NCBI GenBank assembly: GCA_964465285.1
Contig: CAYXJG010000004.1
Span: 1 to 37,327, forward strand
Direction of reading: 5' to 3'
Length of the DNA: 37,327 bases
Source: an uncultured bacterium
Lineage (GTDB): Bacteria; Cyanobacteriota; Cyanobacteriia; CAKZMO01
Below the pieces are notes generated by a model that saw only the letters and a program-made list of their open reading frames with translations, made no database searches and was not told the origin of the DNA. Positions 18,484 through 27,401 of this stretch are shown here, piece after piece. The stretch's first letter is position 1. Each line of letters opens with the position of its first letter. A program made the position numbers and the translations under genes.

Positions 18484-19464
18484 TTACAGCGATCCACGTT
18501 GAAAGACTCTGCCAATGACCTCTTCCACTGGCGGGTCGGTCACCGTCATGTCGATGATGTTGAGATGGGAGAGAATTCGGGCGATCGCCCCTGGCAACTG
18601 CTCCCGCTCCACAATAAACCGGGCAATTCGCCCATCTACAGACTCCAGTTCCCCATACTGAGCCAGCTTCTCTTCAGGATGGATATCCGCCATTTCCACC
18701 GTTACTTCCCGGTAGGGAGCAAACTGATTGAGCAGGTTATCGAGGCTGCCATCATAGATGAGTTGTCCCTGGTACATTAGCAGTACCCGCTCACATAGGG
18801 CCGTGATATCTGCCATGTAGTGGCTGGTCAGCAGTACTGTCGCTTGGTGGCGCTGGTTGTATTCCTTCAAAAACTCTCGCACATTCACCTGGGCATTCAC
18901 ATCAAGCCCCAGGGTTGGCTCGTCCAGAAACAACACGCTTGGCTGGTGGATGAGAGCGGCTAGCAGCTCAGCTTTCATGCGCTCTCCCAGAGACAGCTTA
19001 CGCACAGGCTGAGTCAGCTTGCGGCCAATGTCGAGCATGTCGCTTAATTCACCAACCCGACGACGAAACTCTGAGTCGGAAATGCCATAGACCGCAGCAT
19101 TAATCTTCAAGGAATCTAGGGTAGGCAAGTCCCAAATAAGCTGCTGCTTCTGTCCCATGACAAGGGTAATGGTTCTCAAAAACGCAGGTTCCCGGCGGAA
19201 TGGAACCCGTCCGGCGATCGCCAATCGGCCCCGTGAAGGATGAATCAACCCGGTCAGCATTTTCAGGGTTGTGGTTTTGCCTGCTCCATTAGGCCCAAGG
19301 AAACCGACCACTTCCCCAGGCTCAATCTCGAAGGATACATGCTTTACTGCATCTACCATTCGATAGTTGCGCTGGAAAAAATGGGTCAGCGTCCCCTTCA
19401 ACCCTGGCTGTTTGACTGCCACAGGATACGTTTTTCCTAAATTCTCAACTTCTATGATGGCCAT
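18484..19464 (-). CDS. ABC-2 type transporter ATP-binding protein
   Basis: GPNGAGKTT, LSLGERMK, LFLDEPTLGLD, TSHYM; start moved to MAIIEVENL at 19464. Confidence 0.92.
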   Translation of the reverse strand: MAIIEVENLGKTYPVAVKQPGLKGTLTHFFQRNYRMVDAVKHVSFEIEPGEVVGFLGPNGAGKTTTLKMLTGLIHPSRGRLAIAGRVPFRREPAFLRTITLVMGQKQQLIWDLPTLDSLKINAAVYGISDSEFRRRVGELSDMLDIGRKLTQPVRKLSLGERMKAELLAALIHQPSVLFLDEPTLGLDVNAQVNVREFLKEYNQRHQATVLLTSHYMADITALCERVLLMYQGQLIYDGSLDNLLNQFAPYREVTVEMADIHPEEKLAQYGELESVDGRIARFIVEREQLPGAIARILSHLNIIDMTVTDPPVEEVIGRVFQRGSL

Positions 19465-19591
19465 AGCCGGGTGTCCAGTAATGGGGTAATTTCTGAAAGT
19501 ATAGCGAGGTGCAAACTGATGAAGCATACCCAGGATTGTTTGTGTGGCGGCAGGCATAACCAACGCCTGCATCCAAGGCAAGGTTAAAGAC

Positions 19592-19670
19592 AATCAAATT
19601 TTGATAAAGTCGTGGAGCACTGGCGCGCGGCTCCTCCAAAATTGGGTTCAAATGATTGAATTCCCGTTTT
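19592..19670 (+). mobile_element. Decayed family F5 element
   Basis: CCAAAATTGGGTTCAAATGATTGAATTCCCGTT resembles the F5 right arm; hairpin eroded. Confidence 0.55.
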
Positions 19671-19845
19671 TGATGCCTCATAAAATGTAACGAAATATGT
19701 GCTCTCTTGCTTTGCGAAAGGCAGCAACAATCTGCAACAGTCGCTATATTAACCAGAGCATTAGGTTGCGGGAACACTAGGTTGCGGGAACACTAGCGTC
19801 AGTTGAATTTTTAGTTGGATTTAAGTAAGCCCACGTTTGGTCTAC

Positions 19846-21630
19846 ATGCTGGATGATTTAGCATCTACACTTTTATCTAGCAGCTTTATGCCTTATGGAA
19901 GCTGTTATCTATGGAACCCAAGGTTGGTGGGTCTACATGCCGCTGCCGACCTGTTAATGGCGATCGCCTACTACTCGATTCCTGTGATGCTGTTTAGCCT
20001 CGCATTCAGGCGGAGAGAACTACCGTTTCGCCAGCTTTTTATTCTATTCAGCCTATTTCTTCTATTCTGCGGTACAGCTCATTTGCTGGAAGTTTGGGTT
20101 CTCTGGCATCCAACATATTGGCTCACAGGAGCCGTTAAAACTCTAACCGCGATCGTATCGATTATGGCCGCGTTTGAGCTGTACTCAGTCATTCCTAAAG
20201 CCTTGCAGTTGCCTAATCAGGAAGAGTTGGAACAGGCGAACCAGAGGCTACAGCAGCAGATCGCAGATCGGCAGAAAGTTGAAGAGTCTCTCCGACAGTC
20301 CGCCGATCGCCTGCAAAAAGCTCTTGATTTTGAAGCATTGCTGAAGCGCATTACCGATAAGGCGCGGGATTCACTGGATGAGAGACATATTTTGCAAGCG
20401 GCTGTTCAGGAACTGGGCAAGGAACTGGGCGTTCGTTCTTGTAATGCAGCCCTTTACGACCTGTCTTCAAAAACAGCGGTGGTGCATTATGAGTATGCCG
20501 ATTCCACCGTTCCTGTGCAAGGCCGGGTGATGAGCATGGAGAACGCGCCAGAACTTTATAAGCAGCTCCTGGCTGGGCAACACTTTCAATTTTGTTCGCT
20601 GTTTCCCAACCCTCAGCGGGGCCACGTTTCGATGCTGGTGTGCCCGATTTTGAATGATCAGGAAGTGCTGGGCGATTTGTGGCTAATCAATGGAGTAGAC
20701 TATGCCTTTAAGGATTTAGAGGTGCGTTTGCTTCAGCAGGTGGCAAATCAGTGTGCGATCGCCATTCGCCAGGCAAGGCTCTACCAGGCAACGAAAGCTC
20801 AAGTGCAGGAATTGAAGCGGCTAAACCATCTGAAGGATGACTTTCTCAGTACCGTGTCTCACGAACTCAGGACACCCGTGGCGAATATTAAGCTGGCGAC
20901 CCGGATGTTGTCGCTCATCATCGAGCAGAGCAGTTCGGCGGGCGATCGCCCCAGCCATGATGCATCTATGCTCGCAAAACCTGCGTCAGAAAAGTCATTA
21001 AGCAGTAGCAAAGCAGCCCATTATCTCAAAATTCTTCAAGATGAATGCCAACGGGAAATTGGTCTAATCAACGATCTGCTTGACTTACAGCGCCTGGAGA
21101 CAAACCACACAACACTGAATATTGAACCAATTAGCCTAGATGACTGGCTGATAAAAGTTGTGAAACCTTTTGAAAGTCGGGCATCTAGCCGCCAACAGCG
21201 ATTGGCGCTCACGACTGTCGATGCTCCTCTTCCTATTGTCCACACAGATTCAGTAAGCCTGGGACGCATTCTCACGGAGTTGCTCAACAATGCCTGCAAA
21301 TATACACCACCGGGCGAATCGATTCTAATGAATGTCCAGGCAGAACATTCAGCCATGAAATTTACGGTAAGCAATTCAGGCATCGAAATTCCCAAACGGG
21401 AAATTCTCCACATCTTCGACAAGTTTTATCGGGTGCCCAGTGCTGATCCCTGGAAGCAAGGGGGCACTGGCCTGGGCTTAGCACTGGTGAAAAAGCTGAC
21501 GGAGTGCTTGGGTGGCGAGGTGGAAGTCGAAAGTCAGGAGATGGTGACCAAATTTACCATTCAGATTCCTCTTGAGTTTGAAGCATCCCTGCCCCTAGCG
21601 ACGGCTGAATTCAATGGAACTGTCTCCTAA
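19846..21630 (+). CDS. Sensor histidine kinase with ethylene-receptor-type TM domain and GAF
   Basis: DLLMAIAYYSIP and FCGTAH in 3 TM helices; GAF; H-box VSHELRTP; ELLNNACKY; GGTGLGL; start uncertain (19837, 19846 or 19888). Confidence 0.88.
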   Translation: MLDDLASTLLSSSFMPYGSCYLWNPRLVGLHAAADLLMAIAYYSIPVMLFSLAFRRRELPFRQLFILFSLFLLFCGTAHLLEVWVLWHPTYWLTGAVKTLTAIVSIMAAFELYSVIPKALQLPNQEELEQANQRLQQQIADRQKVEESLRQSADRLQKALDFEALLKRITDKARDSLDERHILQAAVQELGKELGVRSCNAALYDLSSKTAVVHYEYADSTVPVQGRVMSMENAPELYKQLLAGQHFQFCSLFPNPQRGHVSMLVCPILNDQEVLGDLWLINGVDYAFKDLEVRLLQQVANQCAIAIRQARLYQATKAQVQELKRLNHLKDDFLSTVSHELRTPVANIKLATRMLSLIIEQSSSAGDRPSHDASMLAKPASEKSLSSSKAAHYLKILQDECQREIGLINDLLDLQRLETNHTTLNIEPISLDDWLIKVVKPFESRASSRQQRLALTTVDAPLPIVHTDSVSLGRILTELLNNACKYTPPGESILMNVQAEHSAMKFTVSNSGIEIPKREILHIFDKFYRVPSADPWKQGGTGLGLALVKKLTECLGGEVEVESQEMVTKFTIQIPLEFEASLPLATAEFNGTVS

Positions 21631-21674
21631 TACACCTGGCTCATGCCAGAGGTGCAGTTAGCTCAGATAAGTTA

Positions 21675-21796
21675 ACCTGAGTTTGGATTAAGCGATTTTT
21701 GGGGGCGGACGCAGTGCGTCCACCCCCCAAAACCGCATTCTCTCGTCCGTGACGCGGAGGACAGAATGCAGTTTTGAGCTTATCCCGAGTTGACGT
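21675..21796. mobile_element. Family F8 element
   Basis: TA|ACCTGAGTTTGGAT...ATCCCGAGTTGACGT|TA imperfect TIR enclosing two hairpins; a further end-like AACATGAGTTCG follows at about 21805. Confidence 0.55.
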
Positions 21797-21871
21797 TAAG
21801 TTCAACATGAGTTCGATGGCTGAGGATGCCCATCAATCCAGAAGCCCACTTGATGAGTTACTGACTACAAT

Positions 21872-21915
21872 CACGACTTGGCAAAGTCCTCAAATTCACA
21901 AGGAAAAAACAGGGG
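21872..21915 (+). mobile_element. Family F1 element, left half only
   Basis: CACGACTTGGCAAAGTCCTCAAATTCACAAGGAAAAAACAGGGG. Confidence 0.8.
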
Positions 21916-21927
21916 AAGGTCTTAATA

Positions 21928-22419
21928 TTATTCTACAGAAGCAAAATGTGCTTTTAGCTTGGCCTCCTGTTCGTTAGAAAGGTTGGACTGGATAAGTTCC
22001 ATTTGATTCCCAGAAAACGCTTCTAGTACCTTGTCAATGGTGGCGTTTTCACTCATTAAAAACAATGCAGACGTTCCTTCAGTCACTTTGTTGCGCACAT
22101 CTTTGATGAATTGGTCATTGATGCCATAGTCAGCAAAGTGACCGGATAAAGCACCGGACAGTGCCCCCACTGCCATGCCGAAAATAGGGACAAAGAAAAG
22201 GAGGCCAAACAACATGCCCCAGAAAGCACCATCCAATGCTCCAAATGCTTCCATATTCAAAGCCTGACGGGTTTTAGGTTTCTTTTTACCCGGTTCCCAG
22301 TAAACGATAGCAGCATCTTGAATTTTGATGAGGTGCTGCTTTTGCAGTTCAACCAGCTTGGCGATCGCCTTCTCAGCACCGTCAACAGTATTGAACTTCC
22401 AAACGGTTAGATTAGCCAT
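21928..22419 (-). CDS. DUF1269 family membrane protein
   Basis: IQDAAIV, GALDGAFWGMLFGLLFFVP.FGMAVGA, DYGINDQFIK, GTSALF, LIQSNLS; GGAGG before ATG 22419. Confidence 0.88.
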   Translation of the reverse strand: MANLTVWKFNTVDGAEKAIAKLVELQKQHLIKIQDAAIVYWEPGKKKPKTRQALNMEAFGALDGAFWGMLFGLLFFVPIFGMAVGALSGALSGHFADYGINDQFIKDVRNKVTEGTSALFLMSENATIDKVLEAFSGNQMELIQSNLSNEQEAKLKAHFASVE

Positions 22420-22892
22420 AATACGGCCTCCACAATTGTAAATTTCATAAAAGATAATTTCCTGAAACAGACATGAGGGCACTAGAGGTTCGGCCCAAAC
22501 ATCAAATTCCTCTTCTTGTTGTTCCAATCAGCCAATCGTTTAGAGATGCTGCAAGATAAATAATTACCCGAAAATCATGATAACCTGAGATGACATTTTC
22601 AATATTAAGTTCGGACATAAGGTTCGACATAAGAAGTATTTCAGCGCATCGCATTTTGCATCAGATCGCCCCTGAATCAATGGGCTAGAATGCTTGACCA
22701 ATCGGAGATACAGTCTCGCTATTCAAAATTTGCGAGTTTTCCAGGGTCTGTACTCGGAGCGCACAAAATTCATATATCAAGAGAAAACCTCCTGGTATGC
22801 TCCGTATAGGAAATTGTTTTATTCTGAATTGCCACTTTTCTTAAAATTTTCTAACATATTGCCGCTCTGACAACGTCTCCCATGCCAACGGT

Positions 22893-22995
22893 CACGACTT
22901 GGCAACGTTCTCAAATTCATAATGAAAAATAAGGGTTTGGGGCGCACTCCGCGCGCCCCAAACCCTTATTCTTGCCTGAAACCTGCCAAGTCGTA
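22893..22995 (+). mobile_element. Family F1 element
   Basis: Both TIRs present, stem variant AATAAGGGTTTGGGG, loop TCC; no clear duplication. Confidence 0.85.
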
Positions 22996-23036
22996 TTTGC
23001 AATTTTTTGTTCTGTCTGTCGAAGGGGCGGCTTGCT

Positions 23037-23190
23037 ACGCCAGATGTAGTCCGTCGCTCCCAGGATATGCGCCAGTCAACGGTACTAAATGTGGGTTGAA
23101 TCTGGGAATCTTGAGATTTGTAATAGATTTTGTAATAGATGTAGCGTTACATCATGGGTATTCTTGGCATAAATACGCTATATTTTGTCT
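23037..23190 (+). promoter_or_regulatory. Cluster of candidate NrdR boxes
   Basis: ACGCCAGATGTAGTCC (23037), GTACTAAATGTGGGTT (23082) and ACGCTATATTTTGTCT (23175) fit the CnAnATnTnG core; upstream of a dcd/thyX operon. Confidence 0.5.
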
Positions 23191-23533
23191 ATCGCTATTC
23201 GTTGACTGTGCTAGATAAAGCAGGACGTACACAAACTCTATAGAGAAGGTAGGAGTGAAAGGGCATTTGTGCCGTCTACATCCTCTCTTCGACTGTCTTT
23301 ATTAACGGTCAGCGTATAATACACGCAGTCAGTACAGAGTTACTAAGGAGTTGATTGTCGTTCCGTGTGCATCCCATAGGTTTTTAATGAATGTTCACAG
23401 GACGGATACAAGGTTTTATCCAGCACGCAGGTGGGGGGAGCGGGCTACGTCCACTATCTTCCACAGCGTTGCGTAAGCCCTAGTTCAGATGAATTTCTAG
23501 AATTCCTAGCGCTCACTTACCGTCATATTGGTT

Positions 23534-24070
23534 ATGGTTTCTCAACTCGAAAGCCCCCTCCGTGATTCTCAGCCCCGCTTTCCCCATCTGGTTGAAGGTC
23601 TCATTCAGGTCTTCACTTGTCCCCATCGAGGATTTTTTACAAATGTTATGGCACAGGCTCTACGGGTCTCGGGGCAGGGCAACCCCGTTTTGATTGTGCA
23701 GTTTCTTAAAGGAGGCATTGCCCAAGGCCACTCACATCCTGTCCAGCTTGGTCAGCATTTGGATTGGCTTCGATGCAATTTACCCCGCTGTATCGACACG
23801 CCTCACCTGGAAGCTGAAGAGGTAGCAGCACTCGCTGACCTGTGGCAACATACGCAGCAGGTCGTCCTCGCGGGAAAATATTCGATGGTTGTGCTAGATG
23901 AATTGAGTCTCGCGCTCAAGTTTGCGTTGATTGACGAGAACGAAGTGCTTACATTTCTGAAAAAGCGACCTAAGCACATCGACGTGATTTTGACCGGACC
24001 GGAAATGCCCCCTACCCTTGTGGACATCGCTGATCAGGTCACCGAACTACGCCGCACTCGCCGCACTTAA
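23534..24070 (+). CDS. CobA/BtuR/CobO-like corrinoid adenosyltransferase homologue with degenerate P-loop
   Basis: GLIQVFT, VLIVQFLKGG, VVLDEL, RP.HIDVILTG, ADQVTELR; canonical GxGKGKTT absent. Confidence 0.8.
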   Translation: MVSQLESPLRDSQPRFPHLVEGLIQVFTCPHRGFFTNVMAQALRVSGQGNPVLIVQFLKGGIAQGHSHPVQLGQHLDWLRCNLPRCIDTPHLEAEEVAALADLWQHTQQVVLAGKYSMVVLDELSLALKFALIDENEVLTFLKKRPKHIDVILTGPEMPPTLVDIADQVTELRRTRRT

Positions 24071-24127
24071 TGGATCATTTAGATTGATTAGTCAGGAACA
24101 GCTAACCCCTAGCAGTAGGAATATGCC

Positions 24128-24727
24128 ATGATCAAAAATGACGCTTGGATTGCTCGCATGGCTGAGCAGGGAATGATTATGCCCTTTGAGCCGAGTCTAA
24201 TTCGAAATGTTGACCGGGGGACAGTCGGGTCTCTGCGCCCGGTGATTAGCTATGGGCTGTCGTCTTACGGCTATGACTTGCGACTGTCACCGGCGGAGTT
24301 CCGCATTTTCCGCCATATTCCTGGTGAGGTGGTCGATCCTAAGCACTTTAATCCCAACAATTTGGAAACGACTACCCTCCATTCTGACGACAGCGGCGAG
24401 TTCTTTATTCTCCCTGCCCATTCTTACGGTCTGGGCGTGGCTCTAGAGCGCATTGCTTTACCCGATAACATCACAGTGATTTGTATTGGCAAGAGTACTT
24501 ATGCTCGTTGTGGTATTATTGCCAACCTTACTCCAGCAGAAGCCGCATGGCGCGGTCACTTAACTCTAGAGTTCTCAAACTCCTCTAGTGCAGACTGCCG
24601 CATTTACGCCAACGAAGGTATTGTGCAGTTACTGTTTCTTGAGGGAGAAACCTGCCAGGTAAGCTATGAGGCTCGAAGAGGCAAGTATCAGGATCAGCCT
24701 GAAAAGGTCACCCTAGCAAGGGTATAG
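24128..24727 (+). CDS. dcd: dCTP deaminase
   Basis: ISYGLSSYGYDLRL, GKSTYARCG, TPAEAAWRGHLTLEFSN, YANEGIVQ, GKYQDQ. Confidence 0.95.
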   Translation: MIKNDAWIARMAEQGMIMPFEPSLIRNVDRGTVGSLRPVISYGLSSYGYDLRLSPAEFRIFRHIPGEVVDPKHFNPNNLETTTLHSDDSGEFFILPAHSYGLGVALERIALPDNITVICIGKSTYARCGIIANLTPAEAAWRGHLTLEFSNSSSADCRIYANEGIVQLLFLEGETCQVSYEARRGKYQDQPEKVTLARV

Positions 24728-24736
24728 GGAGGATTA

Positions 24737-25459
24737 ATGAATAAGTTTTGTGTTGAAACGATCGCCGCAACACCCAACCCCCAGCAGGTGATTTGGACGG
24801 CGATGCACCAGGACTACTCGGAAGGGTATGTGTTTGATGAGCGCGATCGCTGGCCTGATGAGGAAAAAGCGGGAGAACTCATCATCAAGTACCTCCTAGC
24901 TGGGAACCGAGGCCACTATGGCCCTCTAGAGCATCCGCAAATAACATTAAATGTGGGCTTTTTCCCCCACTCGATGATGCAACAGCTCCGCACCCACCGG
25001 GTTGGCATCAGCTTCGATGTACAATCCTTTCGCTATACAGGACGACGCATTATCGACGCGGCAGATGGAAAGAAAGATGTGGAGGACGTATTTTACCTGC
25101 GTCCGATGGGTCAGTATGATAACCGCCAGGGAAAGCATTACCAGTACACCGCTGAGCAGCGAGAAGAGGACGTTCGCTGGTGCCTAATGGCATGCAAACG
25201 CTATAAGCAGCGTATTGAAGAAGGGCTAGCTGAAGAGCATGCCAGAGGGTTGATTCCCTTTGATGCACGGCAAAACTTTGTGCTGAGCTGTAACACCCGC
25301 AGCTTAATGCATCTACTGGATTTGCGCTGGAAAAAAGACGCCCAGCTTGAGGCGCAGAAGTTTTGCGAACTGCTGTATCTGAGGTTTGAGGAGTGGTGTC
25401 CGGCGATCGCCCGGTGGTATGAAGAAAATCGCGCAAAAAAAGCAAGGCTCTCTCCTTAA
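24737..25459 (+). CDS. thyX: FAD-dependent thymidylate synthase
   Basis: GHYGPLEH, QLRTHRVGISFDVQSFRY, EHARGLIP, NTRSLMHLLDLR, AQLE. Confidence 0.93.
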   Translation: MNKFCVETIAATPNPQQVIWTAMHQDYSEGYVFDERDRWPDEEKAGELIIKYLLAGNRGHYGPLEHPQITLNVGFFPHSMMQQLRTHRVGISFDVQSFRYTGRRIIDAADGKKDVEDVFYLRPMGQYDNRQGKHYQYTAEQREEDVRWCLMACKRYKQRIEEGLAEEHARGLIPFDARQNFVLSCNTRSLMHLLDLRWKKDAQLEAQKFCELLYLRFEEWCPAIARWYEENRAKKARLSP

Positions 25460-25567
25460 TGCCACTGCAACATCATGTATATCCAGCGATTAGAATGACG
25501 ACATAGATTGTCATCATTGAGTGCAGGCATAGACAAGCGATCAGTGCTTAGAAAAATGAGGCATCTG

Positions 25568-25795
25568 CAGCAATTCTCATGATGGAAGTTTAGGGGCAAA
25601 CACGACTTGGCAACGTTCTCAAATTCACAACGCAAAAATAGGGGTTTGGGGCGCGCGGAGCGCGCCCCAAACCCCTATTTTTGCGTGAAACTTGCCAAGT
25701 CGTGGGCAAAGATGTCCCCTGAGGCCGCCTTTTTACCCCTAAATCCATACACGTGAGTTGCCCATAGGGCGCGATTCCCAACATGAGAATTGCTG
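25568..25795. mobile_element. Family F3 element with a nested F1 copy
   Basis: GGCATCTG|CAGCAATTCTCAT...ATGAGAATTGCTG|GGCATCTG, perfect 8-bp duplication. Confidence 0.9.
25601..25704 (+). mobile_element. Family F1 element, full copy
   Basis: GGCAAA 6-bp duplication; perfect 26-bp stem; loop GGA. Confidence 0.93.
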
Positions 25796-25870
25796 GGCAT
25801 CTGGAACTCAGTTGTGATAATCTAAGAACTCGCGCTATACTAGAGACCGCGCTATCCTGAATAAGAACGA

Positions 25871-25947
<77 letters not shown>

Positions 25948-25952
25948 CTTGA

Positions 25953-25983
25953 AAAGCCCTTGCAACACGCAGGGGCTTTTTTT
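25953..25983 (+). terminator. Intrinsic terminator after the tRNA
   Basis: AAAGCCCTTGC-AACAC-GCAGGGGCTTT followed by a T run. Confidence 0.8.
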
Positions 25984-26017
25984 GTGTCATTCTTCACGGC
26001 TCAAAACCGCCAAAAGA

Positions 26018-26121
26018 AACGACTTGGCAACGTTCTCAAATTCACAACGCAAAAATAGGGGTTTGGGGCGCGCGGGTCGCACCCCAAACCCCTATTTTTG
26101 CGTGAAACTTGCTAAGTCGTG
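26018..26121 (+). mobile_element. Family F1 element
   Basis: Near-identical to 25601-25704 with a mutated hairpin apex. Confidence 0.88.
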
Positions 26122-26185
26122 AAAGGAACTATCCTAAAGGCTTTCCCAGATTATTCTGGAAGGACACTGCTCAAACCGCTAATCC

Positions 26186-27145
26186 ATGTCTCGATATTTC
26201 CTGAAGCGCATTCTGATTTCTGTGCCCACTCTGCTTGCCATCAGCCTTGTCATCTTCCTGATTCTGGCGCTGGCCCCGGGCGATCCATTAGCAGAAATTG
26301 CGAATAATCCCTCCATTTCTGAAACAGTGCGGGAAAACATCCGCCGATCCTTTGGTCTCGACCAGCCCCTTCACATTCGCTATGTCAAGTGGCTGTGGGC
26401 TCTGCTTCAGGGAGATATGGGATATTCGTTCACAAGCCGAAGCCCCGTCAGCGAGCTATTGCTACAGCGCCTGCCGACGACCCTGGCTGTGGTCGGCATC
26501 GCCTACGCCATCAGTATTGCCCTCGCTTTTCCTTTGGGCATTGTATCTGCGATTAAGCGGCATTCTCTGGTCGATCAGTCTCTTACCACGATCGCCTTTA
26601 TCGGCATTTCATTGCCCCCTTTTTTTACGGGACTACTCTTCATCATTGTGTTCAGCGTTCAGTTGGGATGGTTTCCGTTTATTTACGACAGCACCCTGCG
26701 GGTGGATGACTGGCAGTCCTTTCTGGCACAGGTGCGGCAGTCCGTCATGCCTATTGCGGTGCTGGTGCTGTTCCAGACGGCAGTGCTGATGCGGTTTATC
26801 CGGTCAGCAATGACCGAGCAACTAAGCCAGAACTATGTCCGCACCGCCTATGCGAAGGGATTGCCCCACCTGCGCGTCACCCTCTGGCATGTGCTGCGAA
26901 ATGCGCTCATCCCTGTAGTGACTTTAATCGCCCTGGATGCGCCAACGGTGTTTACGGGAGCACTGATTACTGAGCAGGTATTTCGGGTGCCTGGGATGGG
27001 GGCACTCCTCATCGATTCCATCTTTCGAAATGACACCCCCGTGGTGCTGGCAATCACGATTGTCTACGCCGTGCTCGTCGTCATCTTTAATCTAGTGGCT
27101 GATGTGCTGTATGCCACGCTCGATCCTCGTGTTCAACTGCGCTGA
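26186..27145 (+). CDS. Peptide/nickel ABC transporter permease (DppB/OppB-like)
   Basis: LAPGDP, GLDQPL, GDMGYS, EAA loop NYVRTAYAKGL, HVLRNAL, LDPRV. Confidence 0.93.
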   Translation: MSRYFLKRILISVPTLLAISLVIFLILALAPGDPLAEIANNPSISETVRENIRRSFGLDQPLHIRYVKWLWALLQGDMGYSFTSRSPVSELLLQRLPTTLAVVGIAYAISIALAFPLGIVSAIKRHSLVDQSLTTIAFIGISLPPFFTGLLFIIVFSVQLGWFPFIYDSTLRVDDWQSFLAQVRQSVMPIAVLVLFQTAVLMRFIRSAMTEQLSQNYVRTAYAKGLPHLRVTLWHVLRNALIPVVTLIALDAPTVFTGALITEQVFRVPGMGALLIDSIFRNDTPVVLAITIVYAVLVVIFNLVADVLYATLDPRVQLR

Positions 27146-27169
27146 GGATACAGGATTGCATAGTTCCCA

Positions 27170-27271
27170 CATGACTTGGCAACGTTCTCAAATTCACAAT
27201 GAAAACATGGGCTTAGGGCGCGCGGAGCGCGCCCCAAGCCCATGTTTCTTCGTGAAACTTGCCAAGTCGTG
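27170..27271 (+). mobile_element. Family F1 element between the two permease genes
   Basis: Stem variant AAACATGGGCTT/AAGCCCATGTTT, loop GGA. Confidence 0.87.
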
Positions 27272-27401
27272 TTTCCTATCCTGCTGATTCTTCTTCGTCG
27301 GGTGATTTTCAACAAATAATGAGGTTGAGACGCAGTCCAAACGCCCTAAAATCATTATCTTCATACCACTCTTCTTTGTTGTACGCCTTGTCGAATATCC
27401 G

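Noticed and set aside
19465-19777. Extended ABC ATPase N-terminus and 110-aa ORF
   Set aside because: Typical start at 19464; the upstream region includes a decayed F5 element
23200-23530. Cobalamin riboswitch before the cobA-like gene
   Set aside because: No B12-box or GGGAA/GCCACTG core found by eye
25948-26185. Integrative element at the tRNA 3' end
   Set aside because: No integrase and no repeat of the tRNA 3' end seen in the window
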